A DNA stretch of 58,225 bases from a virus (IMGVR_UViG_3300049811_000412:1-58225), one strand, 5' to 3'; counted from the stretch's first letter, positions 1-8,899 are shown. Notes: generated by a model not told the origin, from the sequence alone. Numbers and translations are program-made.

Positions 1-155
1 GCCTTGGCCCTTGCTGCTGCTGGGGCCGTTGGGGTCGCCAAAAGTGTAGCCTGATCATCCGCCGCTGGTGTCAGCCATTGGGCCATGACTGGAGACAGCA
101 TCGAGCGAATCATAGGGTAGAACGGAGAGAACCCTGTCCTTTCGGTCACATCCCT

Positions 156-629
156 ATGACGAGTCGTGCGGTCTCCTTTTGGCTTCATTCCCAAGACCTG
201 ACCTTTCAACCTGAACCCGCCTTGCCACCTCAAGCCGACGTTGTCGTGATTGGAGGGGGCATCACGGGCATTTGCACCGCCTACTGGCTGAGTCAGTTGG
301 GCGTCCGGCCTGTGGTCTTGGAGCGAGGCAATCTGTCCTGCGGAGCGACTGGGCGCAACGGCGGGCATTTTGTCTTTGGGGCCAACCAAAGCTTTAAGGC
401 GTCCGTTGAGGATATTGGCCTAGAGGAAACCTTGGCGGTCTGGGACTTTACCCAGCAGAGTAGCCAGCTTTTGCAAGATGTCACGCATCGGCACAGCATT
501 GACTGTGATCTGCGGTTTAACCGATTGGTCGCCTTCGCGATGACGCCCGCCCAGGCCCAAGCCATCCGAGAAAACTGTGACTTCATGGCGTCCCATGGGC
601 TGGAGGCCACCTATTGGAATCAGGAGGAC
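156..629 (+). pseudogene. FAD-dependent oxidoreductase (DAO/PuuB-like), 5' part only, cut by IS605 right end
   Basis: VVVIGGGITG Rossmann motif and GATGRNGG motif; homology stops at WNQED where TTGAC of the IS begins (630); 3' part not in window. Confidence 0.88.
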
Positions 630-645
630 TTGACTACTCCCCGCG

Positions 646-1959
646 CTAAAGCGACGGGGATTCCCCGGAGGGATTACAGCACTTCTGAGTTAGGATCGTT
701 TCACCAGGAAGATCCCAAATTCTCAGACGCCTAGGCGAAGTCAAAACGCCTCTTGCTGGGGTGCGTTGCATCCCAGTTACTTTTGCTTTGCGACCGATAT
801 TCCATGCCCCGTTGCAGTCGGCATTAACCTCAACGCCAGCGGCAGAGCGATAAGTTCCGCGCCGAATGCGTTTGCCTGAAGCCTTCCAACTCTCGGGTTT
901 TTCACCGTAGACGGGGATGGCATCAAGGTCTAACGCTGACGCTTGCGATGTATAACTTTCCTCCTGTTCAACAAACAAAATGCCGTGGGCCTCACAAAGC
1001 TGAGCAATGCGGTTTTTCAGCTTGGCCGTAGGAATCTGGACAAACTTTTGATTGGTCTTGCGGCCCATGCTGGCCTCGCTTTTTTGACCAGGGTTCCAGC
1101 CAAAAACAACCGTGCCAACACCGTACTTCAGGCAGTGGTTGACCACTGTGCGGGCCGCTTTGTTGACAGCATCGCGTATCTGGCGATTACGCTTGCCTGT
1201 CAGCTTATCCAGCAGCTTGCACCAGAAGGCTTGCTCCTTGCCGTCTTTGATGGTTGCAACCCGCTTGTTATAGCCCTGGTTGAGTGCCTTTAGATGCTTG
1301 CCATCAACGATGAAGCTATGGCCTTCGCTGTCTACGCAGGTCAGCCAGTTATCAATGCCGTGGTCAATGGCCAACGACTTCTCAGGGTCTAGCTCAACGG
1401 ATTCAGTGGGCTTGCCCGCACAAATCCAGACGGCATCAAAATAGCCCGCTCTGGGCACAATCTGAAGCTCTCTAACATCGGCCCAGTTGAGGTTGCTGGG
1501 GAAGGGTACAAAGATTTCAGGTAAGCCAAACCAGACCTTGCAGGCCGTTCCCATTGGCACCCTAACTTGGCCATCAACCAACTTAAGCCACCGCCTGGGG
1601 TAGCTGATCTGAAACATGCCACCAGAGCGGCGATAGTTGGGCGGCTTGGGCTTTTCAGTCAGTCCACTACTACGCCATAGCTTCAGCAGTTCACGGTAGC
1701 CCTTGAACGCCTCTCCAACGCTGATGCAGGTTTGCTGTGCAGCGCTGGTATAGAGCGCTTTCATGTGGGCGTTGTGCTTCATCTGGCTGGACAGCCAGCG
1801 ACCATTTGAGAATTTGCCAGCCTTGAAATACAACTGCCTAGCCAGATAAACCGTGCTGTTGTAGAGGCTGTTTGACTCCGTGCATAAATACTCCAGTGCG
1901 GCCCTTAGATCCGGGTCGCTAGGGAGTCGATTGACTTGCGCTGCAAAGGTTTTAGGCAT
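646..1959 (-). CDS. tnpB: RNA-guided nuclease TnpB
   Basis: RuvC-I LAIDHG, EESYTS, NAD-x-NGA motifs; inside IS ends. Confidence 0.93.
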   Translation of the reverse strand: MPKTFAAQVNRLPSDPDLRAALEYLCTESNSLYNSTVYLARQLYFKAGKFSNGRWLSSQMKHNAHMKALYTSAAQQTCISVGEAFKGYRELLKLWRSSGLTEKPKPPNYRRSGGMFQISYPRRWLKLVDGQVRVPMGTACKVWFGLPEIFVPFPSNLNWADVRELQIVPRAGYFDAVWICAGKPTESVELDPEKSLAIDHGIDNWLTCVDSEGHSFIVDGKHLKALNQGYNKRVATIKDGKEQAFWCKLLDKLTGKRNRQIRDAVNKAARTVVNHCLKYGVGTVVFGWNPGQKSEASMGRKTNQKFVQIPTAKLKNRIAQLCEAHGILFVEQEESYTSQASALDLDAIPVYGEKPESWKASGKRIRRGTYRSAAGVEVNADCNGAWNIGRKAKVTGMQRTPARGVLTSPRRLRIWDLPGETILTQKCCNPSGESPSL

Positions 1960-2004
1960 AAAACAAGTATACTAAAATTGTAGATAAATGGGTAGTCATC
2001 AACA

Positions 2005-2409
2005 ATGCGAGATGAGTCAATTAACTACCGCCACGGCAACCACTCGGTAGGGCTGGCCCATGTTCACTTGGTCTGGATTCCGAAGCGGCGGAAAAAGGTT
2101 TTGGTTGGCAGCGTCAAGCTGAGGTTGTCCGCGATACTCAATGAAGTGGCCCTAGAGAATGGTTGGTTGGTTAAGGCTCTAGAAATAGCCCCCGACCACG
2201 TTCACATTCTGGTAGAACATGGCTCCCAGGTTGCCGTCCACCAAATAGTCAAAGCAATGAAGGGGCGTTCATCTCGACTGCTCAGGCAGGAGTTCCCCCA
2301 CCTCTGCAAGCTACCTTCCCTGTGGACTCGCTCATATTTTTACGACACGACGGGGAAGGTGAGCACGGCAAAGATCATGGCCTACATCAACGACCCTCAC
2401 CATGCCTGA
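2005..2409 (+). CDS. tnpA: IS200-type HUH (Y1) transposase TnpA
   Basis: HLVWIPKRRK, PDHVH (HUH), LWTRSYF, C-terminal YI. Confidence 0.95.
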   Translation: MRDESINYRHGNHSVGLAHVHLVWIPKRRKKVLVGSVKLRLSAILNEVALENGWLVKALEIAPDHVHILVEHGSQVAVHQIVKAMKGRSSRLLRQEFPHLCKLPSLWTRSYFYDTTGKVSTAKIMAYINDPHHA

Positions 2410-2485
2410 CGGCGGCTAAAACCGCTGTGTCGCTTTTCCGCCCCGCTCTAAAGAGACGGGGCTACCAAGCTCACGAGTTTTTATC

Positions 2486-3586
2486 GTGTGGAATGATGCA
2501 CTGGCACTGATTAAGTCAACGCCGAAAGGCGAGACGTGGCCCAGTAATGCTGAGTTGCAGAAAATCTGCATCACCCAAGCCAAGCAGGCTGAGGGACGGG
2601 AATGGCTGGCCGAGGTCAGCAACATCCCGTTGCAGCAGTCCATTCAGGACTTGGGCGTTGCATTCAAAAACTTCTTCGACTACCGCAAGGGAAAGAGGAA
2701 AGGATCACGGGTCGGGTTCCCTCGGTTTAAGAAGAAACTCAACCAGCAGTCCGCTCGTTTTCGGAAGGGCGGGTTCTCCATCAAGGCCGGGAAAGTCTAC
2801 CTGGCCAAGATTGGGCACATCAAAGCCAAGTGGTCAAGGCCATTGCCCTCTGAACCTAGCTCTGTCACAGTCATCAAAGACTGTGCAGGACGGTATTTCC
2901 TGAGCTTTGTGGTGGAGGTGGAGCCTATCACCGTCGAACCCAAAAACCAAGGGGTTGGCGTGGATTTGGGCATTGAAACCTTAGCGACCCTCAGTACCGG
3001 GGAGAAAATCAAAGCCCCGGACACTCAATTTCTGGACAAGCACATTCGCAAAGGGAAGCGAAAACTCGCTAGGGCCATGAAAGGCTCGAAGCGGCGTGAA
3101 TCGTTGCGACTGGCCATTGCCAGGATGGAGGCTAAACAGCGCGACATTCGCCAAGACTTCAACCAAAAGCTGGCTTCTCGCCTAGTGCGGGAAAACCGTG
3201 TGGTGGTCTTGGAGGACTTGAACGTGGCGGGAATGGTGAAGAACCGTTCTCTGTCCAGGGCGATTAGTCGGGCTGGATGGCGGCAACTTAGAACCCTCTG
3301 TGAGGGTAAGGCCCACCTGATCCACGACCGGGAGGTAAGAACCATCAGCCGATGGGAACCTACATCCCAAGTGTGTTCATGTTGTGGCTATCGCTGGGGC
3401 AAATTGGACTTATCGGTGCGGTCAGTGTTATGTCTCAACTGCGGGGCCGAACACGACCGAGACATCAACGCCAGCGTGAATATCTTGGCGGCTGGGCAAG
3501 CCGACCCGAATGGGCAAACGCTAAGCTATGTAAGACCCCAATCTGGGGCAGCGGCTTGTTTGTCTACCCATCAGGAGTACGCTTAG
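2486..3586 (+). pseudogene. tnpB: TnpB lacking the first ~28 residues
   Basis: Begins VWNDALAL, aligning with internal VYNDALAI of the 47217 TnpB; GVDLG, VLEDL, DRD and Zn ribbon intact. Confidence 0.88.
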
Positions 3587-3635
3587 TGCGGGCAGACTGG
3601 GAATCCTCGCGCCTTTAGGCCGAGGAGGATGTCAA
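2486..3635 (+). mobile_element. IS200/IS605 element #2, 3' part only
   Basis: Right end GAAT-CCTCG..CGAGG-AGGAT-GTCAA (3601-3635); 5' side abuts IS#1 left end. Confidence 0.88.
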
Positions 3636-4035
3636 CCGTCGATGCAAACCTAAACCGGGTGAATGCGGCGAGTTTCTGTCCAATGGTCAAGCTGCAAAGT
3701 CTGGCCTGAATAAAAGTTTTGCTGATGCTGGGATAGCTGGGTTCCTGAACGAGACCTTGCCTTATGTGGCTGAAAGAGCTGGTAAGCAAGTCGTGAAGGT
3801 CAACCCCGCTGGTACGTCCCAGCATTGTGCAATTTGCCTGAACCGAGTACCGAAGGAGTTGTCAGACCGCTGGCATAGCTGCCCCCACTGTGGAGCCTCT
3901 ATGCCGCGAGACGTGAACTCTGGGGTGCTCATCAAGAAAGTGGGCCTGGGACATCGGCTCACTATAAAACGCGAAGGTCGAAAGACTGGAGAAGCCCGCC
4001 CTCTACGCGAAGCGTGAGGGTCGGGAGTATGTCAC
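3636..4035 (+). mobile_element. tnpB: IS200/IS605 element #3, 3' remnant with tnpB C-terminus (frame 3637-4017)
   Basis: RRCKPK..NGQAAKSGLNKSFADAG..VNPAGTSQHC..CPHCG..RD; right end GAAG-hairpin-GTCAC ending 4035. Confidence 0.85.
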
Positions 4036-4229
4036 GCATAGCGGCGGTTGTTGTAGCGGCTAACCAGGGCGTCGTGAACTTCCTTGGCTTCCTGCATGGC
4101 CTGCTCGGCCCGGTCTTGAGTGGTAAATCCTCCAAGGTATTCGCCATTCCAGTCCCAGGCGTCGTAGGTGGTTTCGGCGCTGTTGATGGTTTTGTCGATG
4201 CGGCCTAGGCGGGTGGTATGAGGTGTAGG

Positions 4230-5612
4230 TCATGGGGAAACCTCAGCCAGGGTGAATCGTGCAGGGGATTGTCCATCGCTAGCAACGGTGCCGTGATCAG
4301 TGGCCATACGGTCTAGGGCAAAGGCTATGTTTTCGGTCGTCAGTTTTTTGAGGTTTGTCGATTGTTGCCGCACTTCGCTAGCCAGCATGGGGGCATTGTG
4401 CTTTTCTAGGATGGCCAGGATCAGGTCAGCAATGTCTTCCACCACTACCGGGGGCACCATCTCAGCATCAGGGTCGAAGTTGGGCACCGCAACCCGGATC
4501 GGCGTGTCCTTTTGCCCTGGATAGTAGATATTGCAGTAGCCCGTGGGTACCGCTTTGCCGCCTTCACCAATGGTGCCGAGCATTTCGATTTCGAGCAACG
4601 ACTGGTCACGTTGGGCGGCTACCCCTGCTTTGCCGCCCAAGCTGGTTAGCGTGCGACCGTGGGCGATGAACAGGCTGTGCATGGCGATCTTGCGAATGTC
4701 GCTCATGCTACTAGCAAAGAATGCGGAGGCATCGGGGCAATGGCTAGACCAGTTGGTGAACTCTTCCGTGACGACGGTTAGGGGCTTGGGGTTGTACTCA
4801 GGGCGCTTGGCTAGTTCGGTGTAGCGGGCCTTCACCAGGGCTGCAAAGTGCTGTAGCCGTTCATTGCAGGCGGCGTAGTCCATCCCAGCCCCAGATACAG
4901 GTAGCCCTTTCCATGCACCATAGGCGGCGTGGGGGTCTAGCACCTCGATCATGTGCCCTGCCTTCATGCGCTCATTGATGAACCACTTTGCCAGGGTGCT
5001 TTTGCCGCTCCCTTGGGGGCCATAGATTAGCACCGCCGGATAAGCTAGGCATTCCCGGAGGATGTCGTGGGCGGTGGCCTCTGGTTTGGGCTCTGGGTCA
5101 TCGTCCCATTCCATCGTTGGCATAGGGGCAACGGGCATCGCCACGGGGGCAACAGGAGCCGCATGGGGCAATTCTTCGACAGACACGGGGGCAGGCTCAG
5201 CAGGGCGCAGGGGTTTCAAGATGCTGGCAATTCGGGCTTTGTTCGCGCCCCCGTTCAAAAACTTTCGCCCAGCCGCTTTGATGGGCAGCTTGCGGGCTTT
5301 GGCCTTGTTCAGTTCCACCAGCACTTGCTCTGGCCCACGGTATTCAACGTAGCTGTCGAACGTGGGGCCATCAAACAAGTGGGCCATAATGCCATCGTCG
5401 ATGGCGGCCAGGTGGTTGCTGGCTTCTTCGTTGCTATTCCACGATTGGAAAAACGATGCCCCCGCCAAGAATGCCCCTGCCACGGGGTTTAGTAGGGCCG
5501 CAACGCCAATCCCGCCAACGCCACCTCCAACCATCCAGATTTTGAACTCATCCTCTGGAATGGCTTTTTCAGCCCTAGCGATCCACTTCACTTCATCCAC
5601 TGTCCACTGCAT
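4230..5612 (-). CDS. FtsK/HerA-superfamily P-loop ATPase with N-terminal TM segment and C-terminal winged-helix-like domain
   Basis: Hydrophobic aa ~25-55; Walker A GPQGSGKS; Walker B-like LTVVTEEF; IRKIAMHSLFIAH like FtsK/HerA Arg-finger plus strand; wHTH-like tail. Confidence 0.7.
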   Translation of the reverse strand: MQWTVDEVKWIARAEKAIPEDEFKIWMVGGGVGGIGVAALLNPVAGAFLAGASFFQSWNSNEEASNHLAAIDDGIMAHLFDGPTFDSYVEYRGPEQVLVELNKAKARKLPIKAAGRKFLNGGANKARIASILKPLRPAEPAPVSVEELPHAAPVAPVAMPVAPMPTMEWDDDPEPKPEATAHDILRECLAYPAVLIYGPQGSGKSTLAKWFINERMKAGHMIEVLDPHAAYGAWKGLPVSGAGMDYAACNERLQHFAALVKARYTELAKRPEYNPKPLTVVTEEFTNWSSHCPDASAFFASSMSDIRKIAMHSLFIAHGRTLTSLGGKAGVAAQRDQSLLEIEMLGTIGEGGKAVPTGYCNIYYPGQKDTPIRVAVPNFDPDAEMVPPVVVEDIADLILAILEKHNAPMLASEVRQQSTNLKKLTTENIAFALDRMATDHGTVASDGQSPARFTLAEVSP

Positions 5613-5623
5613 CTCAAAATCTC

Positions 5624-6409
5624 CTACGCTTTGCGCTTGCTAACAATGACTTGCTGCTTATTCAGGTACAGCACAACCTTCAACATCGCCTCGAAGACAA
5701 ACATCATGGCGACCAACATGCCGATATTTGGCCAGTTCAGTTGTCCCCATCGCCCTGTGAGAATGAGAAAAAAGAACTCTCGCAGTGAATCCGCCGGAGG
5801 GAACACCGTGGCGCACATCACAGCGTCCAATCCATACGCGACCCACATCCACCGTTTAGCAATGCGGATGCTGGAGGCAGAAACCTTGTTGTAGGCTTCC
5901 TTCAGCGCCACGGCTTCGTTGTCGTCGTCACTGTCAATGCTGAGCGAGTCGCCATTTTTGCGATGAGCTAGCAGGTTGCGAATTGCCTCTCGGTCATGCA
6001 GCAACACGACGTAGTAGGTTTCCGCAAACTGGAGTAGGCCCCAACTGGCAGTGCCACAAAACACAGCAACCCAGGCTGCTTGAGGCACCATCATCCCGTT
6101 GCTGGCAGCAAAGTCTTGGCCCATCCGAAACAATCGAATGTACGGCTGGACGTTCCACACACAGACGATGCCACCAACGGTTAGGGCGCAGGCCCACATC
6201 CCCCGCTGGACAAAATTGGTGAGCGATAGCTTTGAAGCCTTAGATGTTGAAAGAGTAGTGGCCATAGGTTTTGCTTTCGGGGGTTTGGCTGATGGTGGCT
6301 TGGGTAGCCCTTCGCTGGGCGGCACTGTAAAAAAGGACTGAGGCACACCCTGGTTTACGCTAAAGGGCGGCTGATTCGGTGGCGGGCTCGACGGGCGCGG
6401 GCTGAACAT
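5624..6409 (-). CDS. Multi-pass membrane protein (3-4 TM)
   Basis: Several hydrophobic stretches; tightly coupled to the ATPase gene. Confidence 0.75.
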   Translation of the reverse strand: MFSPRPSSPPPNQPPFSVNQGVPQSFFTVPPSEGLPKPPSAKPPKAKPMATTLSTSKASKLSLTNFVQRGMWACALTVGGIVCVWNVQPYIRLFRMGQDFAASNGMMVPQAAWVAVFCGTASWGLLQFAETYYVVLLHDREAIRNLLAHRKNGDSLSIDSDDDNEAVALKEAYNKVSASSIRIAKRWMWVAYGLDAVMCATVFPPADSLREFFFLILTGRWGQLNWPNIGMLVAMMFVFEAMLKVVLYLNKQQVIVSKRKA

Positions 6410-6890
6410 TGTTGACCTCCTGGCCGTTTATGAACATGTTTTCTTCAAACTGTGGGAATTGCCGCAGACGGCTGAGCACAACCTCCCGATCTCCCGTGAA
6501 GGCAAACGACTGGGCCACGGGAAGCCCCTCGGCGTTGTGCTGCATGATGGCCGTGTTGCCATTGGCATCACACACAATCGTTCCGGCGGGGATGGGAAAC
6601 TGTGTCTCTGGATCGAGAACCACTTCGTTTTCGACTAGAGACACCCAATCGGTTTGGCCCCAATTCACCACAGGTTGGCAACCCAAAACGGTGTACCGTT
6701 CGTTGGCAATTTCGGCCATAGCCTTAGCCGAATCCTGCTGGAGCATTAGATCGGCATGGGTTGCCATGTCAGCATTAGACTGGTCGCGCATCGACTGAAA
6801 GTCGGCCAGAGTGCTATTAGCATTGCCTAGGCTGGGAATCGCCGCCACAAATGCAACCCCTGCTAGGCCCAAAGTAATCATCTGGTTCAT
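6360..6890 (-). CDS. Membrane-anchored or exported protein
   Basis: GAGAGGGG RBS-like sequence before ATG 6890; N-terminal hydrophobic MITLGLAGVAFVAAI. Confidence 0.7.
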   Translation of the reverse strand: MNQMITLGLAGVAFVAAIPSLGNANSTLADFQSMRDQSNADMATHADLMLQQDSAKAMAEIANERYTVLGCQPVVNWGQTDWVSLVENEVVLDPETQFPIPAGTIVCDANGNTAIMQHNAEGLPVAQSFAFTGDREVVLSRLRQFPQFEENMFINGQEVNNVQPAPVEPATESAAL

Positions 6891-6929
6891 ATCTAGTCCC
6901 CTCTCGTAGACTCCCTGAAAACTCTCTAA

Positions 6930-7027
6930 CGCCCATCTAATGGGCCATCTGGCCATCTCGTAGCTATCTGGCAAGGCATCTGGAAGAGGCAATCTTAGAT
7001 AGGCTTTAGATGCCCTCCAGATGGGCC
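6930..7027. repeat. Intergenic inverted array of ATCT/AGAT cores
   Basis: ATCT at 6935, 6947, 6955, 6966, 6978, 6992 then AGAT at 6997, 7008, 7019. Confidence 0.7.
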
Positions 7028-7072
7028 GTAGCGGGTTCGCTGTGTCCTCCGCCATGGCCCATAGCAAACGGG

Positions 7073-7513
7073 CTACTTGGTATTGCTGCTGTCGGCAGTA
7101 GCGGTCAAGGAGGCCCGTGGCGTCGCCTGTGGTAAGGGCTGATAGGAGATCGGCCTCAAGGTCGGAGTTTGAATGGTCAATTTTTCGCCCGTCGGATGCG
7201 CTGCCATCAGCTGCCCCACATTGCGGGCGATTTGGTTGAAAAAACTGCCACCGCTGAGCACGTCATACAGCAGTTCTGAGGCTTGGTCGGCTACCCGCTG
7301 CGAGGCTTCTTGGTACTCATCCGCAACGGCTTGAATCCCTTGCGCACGGGCGGTTAGAGCCCCGTTGACTTGGTTGCGTAGCTGGGCAATTTCCGCCGCC
7401 ACTTGGGCACGGAAAGCCCGGTCGTCAGACCCCAAAGAAGCTGGCCCAGTCGGTTGCTGGGGCGGGGTTTGGGGCTTGTTGTTGCTGTTGGGGTCGAACC
7501 CTTTGTTGGACAT
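7073..7513 (-). CDS. Hypothetical coiled-coil protein
   Basis: GGAGAAG RBS; helical composition; operon position. Confidence 0.7.
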   Translation of the reverse strand: MSNKGFDPNSNNKPQTPPQQPTGPASLGSDDRAFRAQVAAEIAQLRNQVNGALTARAQGIQAVADEYQEASQRVADQASELLYDVLSGGSFFNQIARNVGQLMAAHPTGEKLTIQTPTLRPISYQPLPQATPRASLTATADSSNTK

Positions 7514-7766
7514 GGTTGGCTTCTCCTAAGAACCGTTGGATGGACTCCTCTGAATACCCTTGCTGAAACCATGCAGCGATTTGAGCCAGGGCCATGCACT
7601 GAAGTTTCGTGAAGGCTTTAAGCCCCGGATCGACGCCCGCTAGGTTGCACCAGCGCCACATGGTTTTTTTCGAGATTTGCCGCCGCTCCCCTGGATACCG
7701 AATCCTCGATAGCTCAGCTATCACAAGGGCTCTGGCATACGTGGGAGGGGAAACAAACGGTTGCAT
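7425..7766 (-). CDS. HTH DNA-binding protein (MerR/excisionase-like)
   Basis: ISKKTMWRWCNLAGV recognition-helix pattern; first gene of leftward operon. Confidence 0.55.
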   Translation of the reverse strand: MQPFVSPPTYARALVIAELSRIRYPGERRQISKKTMWRWCNLAGVDPGLKAFTKLQCMALAQIAAWFQQGYSEESIQRFLGEANHVQQRVRPQQQQQAPNPAPATDWASFFGV

Positions 7767-7769
7767 GGG

Positions 7770-7790
7770 GGTTTCATAGAGGTTTCATAG
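7770..7790. promoter_or_regulatory. Tandem GGTTTCATAG repeat, candidate operator
   Basis: Exact 10-mers at 7770 and 7781 (11-bp period) between divergent genes. Confidence 0.45.
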
Positions 7791-7904
7791 CCTGAGGATA
7801 ACAGTCTTAGGTCACTTATGCAACGCAATTACATCGCTTTTGTGATGAGTTTGATAGAATGCCCGTGATTGCAGATAATTTGAGGATTGTTTATGGGCGA
7901 TGCA

Positions 7905-8120
7905 ATGGCACCGGATCGGAACCAGGTCACGTTGACGCTAAGCGACAGGGCGATGGAAGAATTTACCTTGGTAGCAGACTGGCTGGGAATGCCGCGCAAC
8001 ACGCTGATCCGGCAGGTGGTTGAGGCTCACCACCAGAACCCTAGCTTTGGCAATCTGGTACGCAGAGCAAGGACGGGGGACAAAGCGCCCACTAGCTATC
8101 ACACCGATGATGAGGACTAA
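7905..8120 (+). CDS. Ribbon-helix-helix regulator
   Basis: NQVTLTLSD beta ribbon followed by two helices (LGMPRNTLIRQVVE). Confidence 0.65.
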   Translation: MAPDRNQVTLTLSDRAMEEFTLVADWLGMPRNTLIRQVVEAHHQNPSFGNLVRRARTGDKAPTSYHTDDED

Positions 8121-8216
8121 CCCATGCTCACCGCCCACGTCACCCCAGCCCCACACCGAAGCTACCCGGCCATCGTCGGGCTACCCTTCCACCTCCTGCA
8201 CGAGGGCAACCCCGCC

Positions 8217-8435
8217 CATAACGTGCAGCTAACGGGCACGGCTCCCCGGTGACGCCCCAAGTCCTTGCCCCGTCTGCGGTGCTCCCCACTTTGGGGTAGT
8301 GGGGGTCGTGGGTTCAAATCCCGCCGCTCCGATAGTCAAAAGGCCAGTCCATCAAGGGCGGGCCTTTTTGCTGTGGGTATCGTTGGGTAGCGTTAGGGGC
8401 GGTTGGGCGACGCATAACGTGCAGATAACGTGCAG
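8217..8435 (+). other. attP: core (3' 47 nt of tRNA-Pro GGG, 8286-8332) flanked by arm-type repeats
   Basis: CCACT-TTGGGGT-AGTGG anticodon arm, GTGGGTTCAAATCCCGC T arm and CGCTCCGA, no 5' half; ATAACGTGCAG at 8218, 8414, 8425; integrase about 0.9 kb away. Confidence 0.82.
8338..8369 (+). terminator. Intrinsic terminator after att core
   Basis: AAAAGGCC..GGCCTTTTT hairpin plus U tract. Confidence 0.7.
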
Positions 8436-8457
8436 CAGTTTTTGCTATGCTGGTTAC

Positions 8458-8534
8458 ACCGGGGTGGTGGAACGGATTACCATGTCGGGTTCATACCCCG
8501 AAGATTGCAAGTTCAACTCTTGCCCCCGATACCA
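8458..8534 (+). tRNA. tRNA-Met(CAT), initiator-like
   Basis: ACCGGGG/CCCCGAT acceptor, TCGGG-TTCATAC-CCCGA anticodon arm, GCAAG-TTCAACT-CTTGC T arm, encoded CCA; TATGCT -10 at 8446. Confidence 0.88.
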
Positions 8535-8575
8535 TTTAAAAACGCGCTTAGTGGAGGTAGGTAGCGCACCCTCCA

Positions 8576-8600
8576 AGCCCTGGCTTTTGCTGGGGCTTTT
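8576..8600 (+). terminator. Intrinsic terminator after tRNA
   Basis: AAGCCC..GGGCTTTT hairpin plus U tract. Confidence 0.65.
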
Positions 8601-8899
8601 GTTTTGGGGCCAACGGGAATTCCCGTTGACGTAGGGATTTGCGATTAAGCACCCCAGCCCCCATGCCGCCTAGGTTTGTCGGATCGCAGGGCCAAAAAAT
8701 GGGTTTGCTTTGAAGCACTCGGTATCTGGCTGGACACAAAGGTTGTCCCAAAACGTGACAACCTCGCATACGGTGTATCTAGCCTGTGCAAGCCATGCAG
8801 GGCTGTCAACACCGCACCCATCGAACCGTCAAGGATTCCTTGACGGTTGACACTACCCCCACACCACACCTCCTGCATACTGTGTACTGTATACAATGC

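Larger units (their letters stand above)
630..2485 (-). mobile_element. IS200/IS605-family element #1 (divergent tnpA and tnpB), complete
   Basis: Minus-strand right end GAAT-CCCCG..CGGGG-AGTA-GTCAA ending at 630; left-end hairpin CCCCG..CGGGG 2441-2461; left boundary 2485 inferred from guide/target rule. Confidence 0.92.

Noticed and set aside
630-734. Identical C-termini of ORFs 78-734 and 57916-58203 (LTTPRAKATG..)
   Set aside because: Read-through into the same IS end, not a shared domain
6891-7067. N-terminal 59 aa of the 235-aa ORF
   Set aside because: Better RBS and signal-like start at 6890; the extension is translated repeat array
8258-8332. Complete tRNA-Pro gene
   Set aside because: No D arm or 5' acceptor strand matching CGCTCCG; only the att core is present
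8824-8848. Hairpin telomere site of a linear phage-plasmid
   Set aside because: Too short and no protelomerase; the recombinase is an arm-binding integrase
8548-8896. Short ORFs between tRNA and integrase
   Set aside because: No RBS or motifs; region better explained as non-coding
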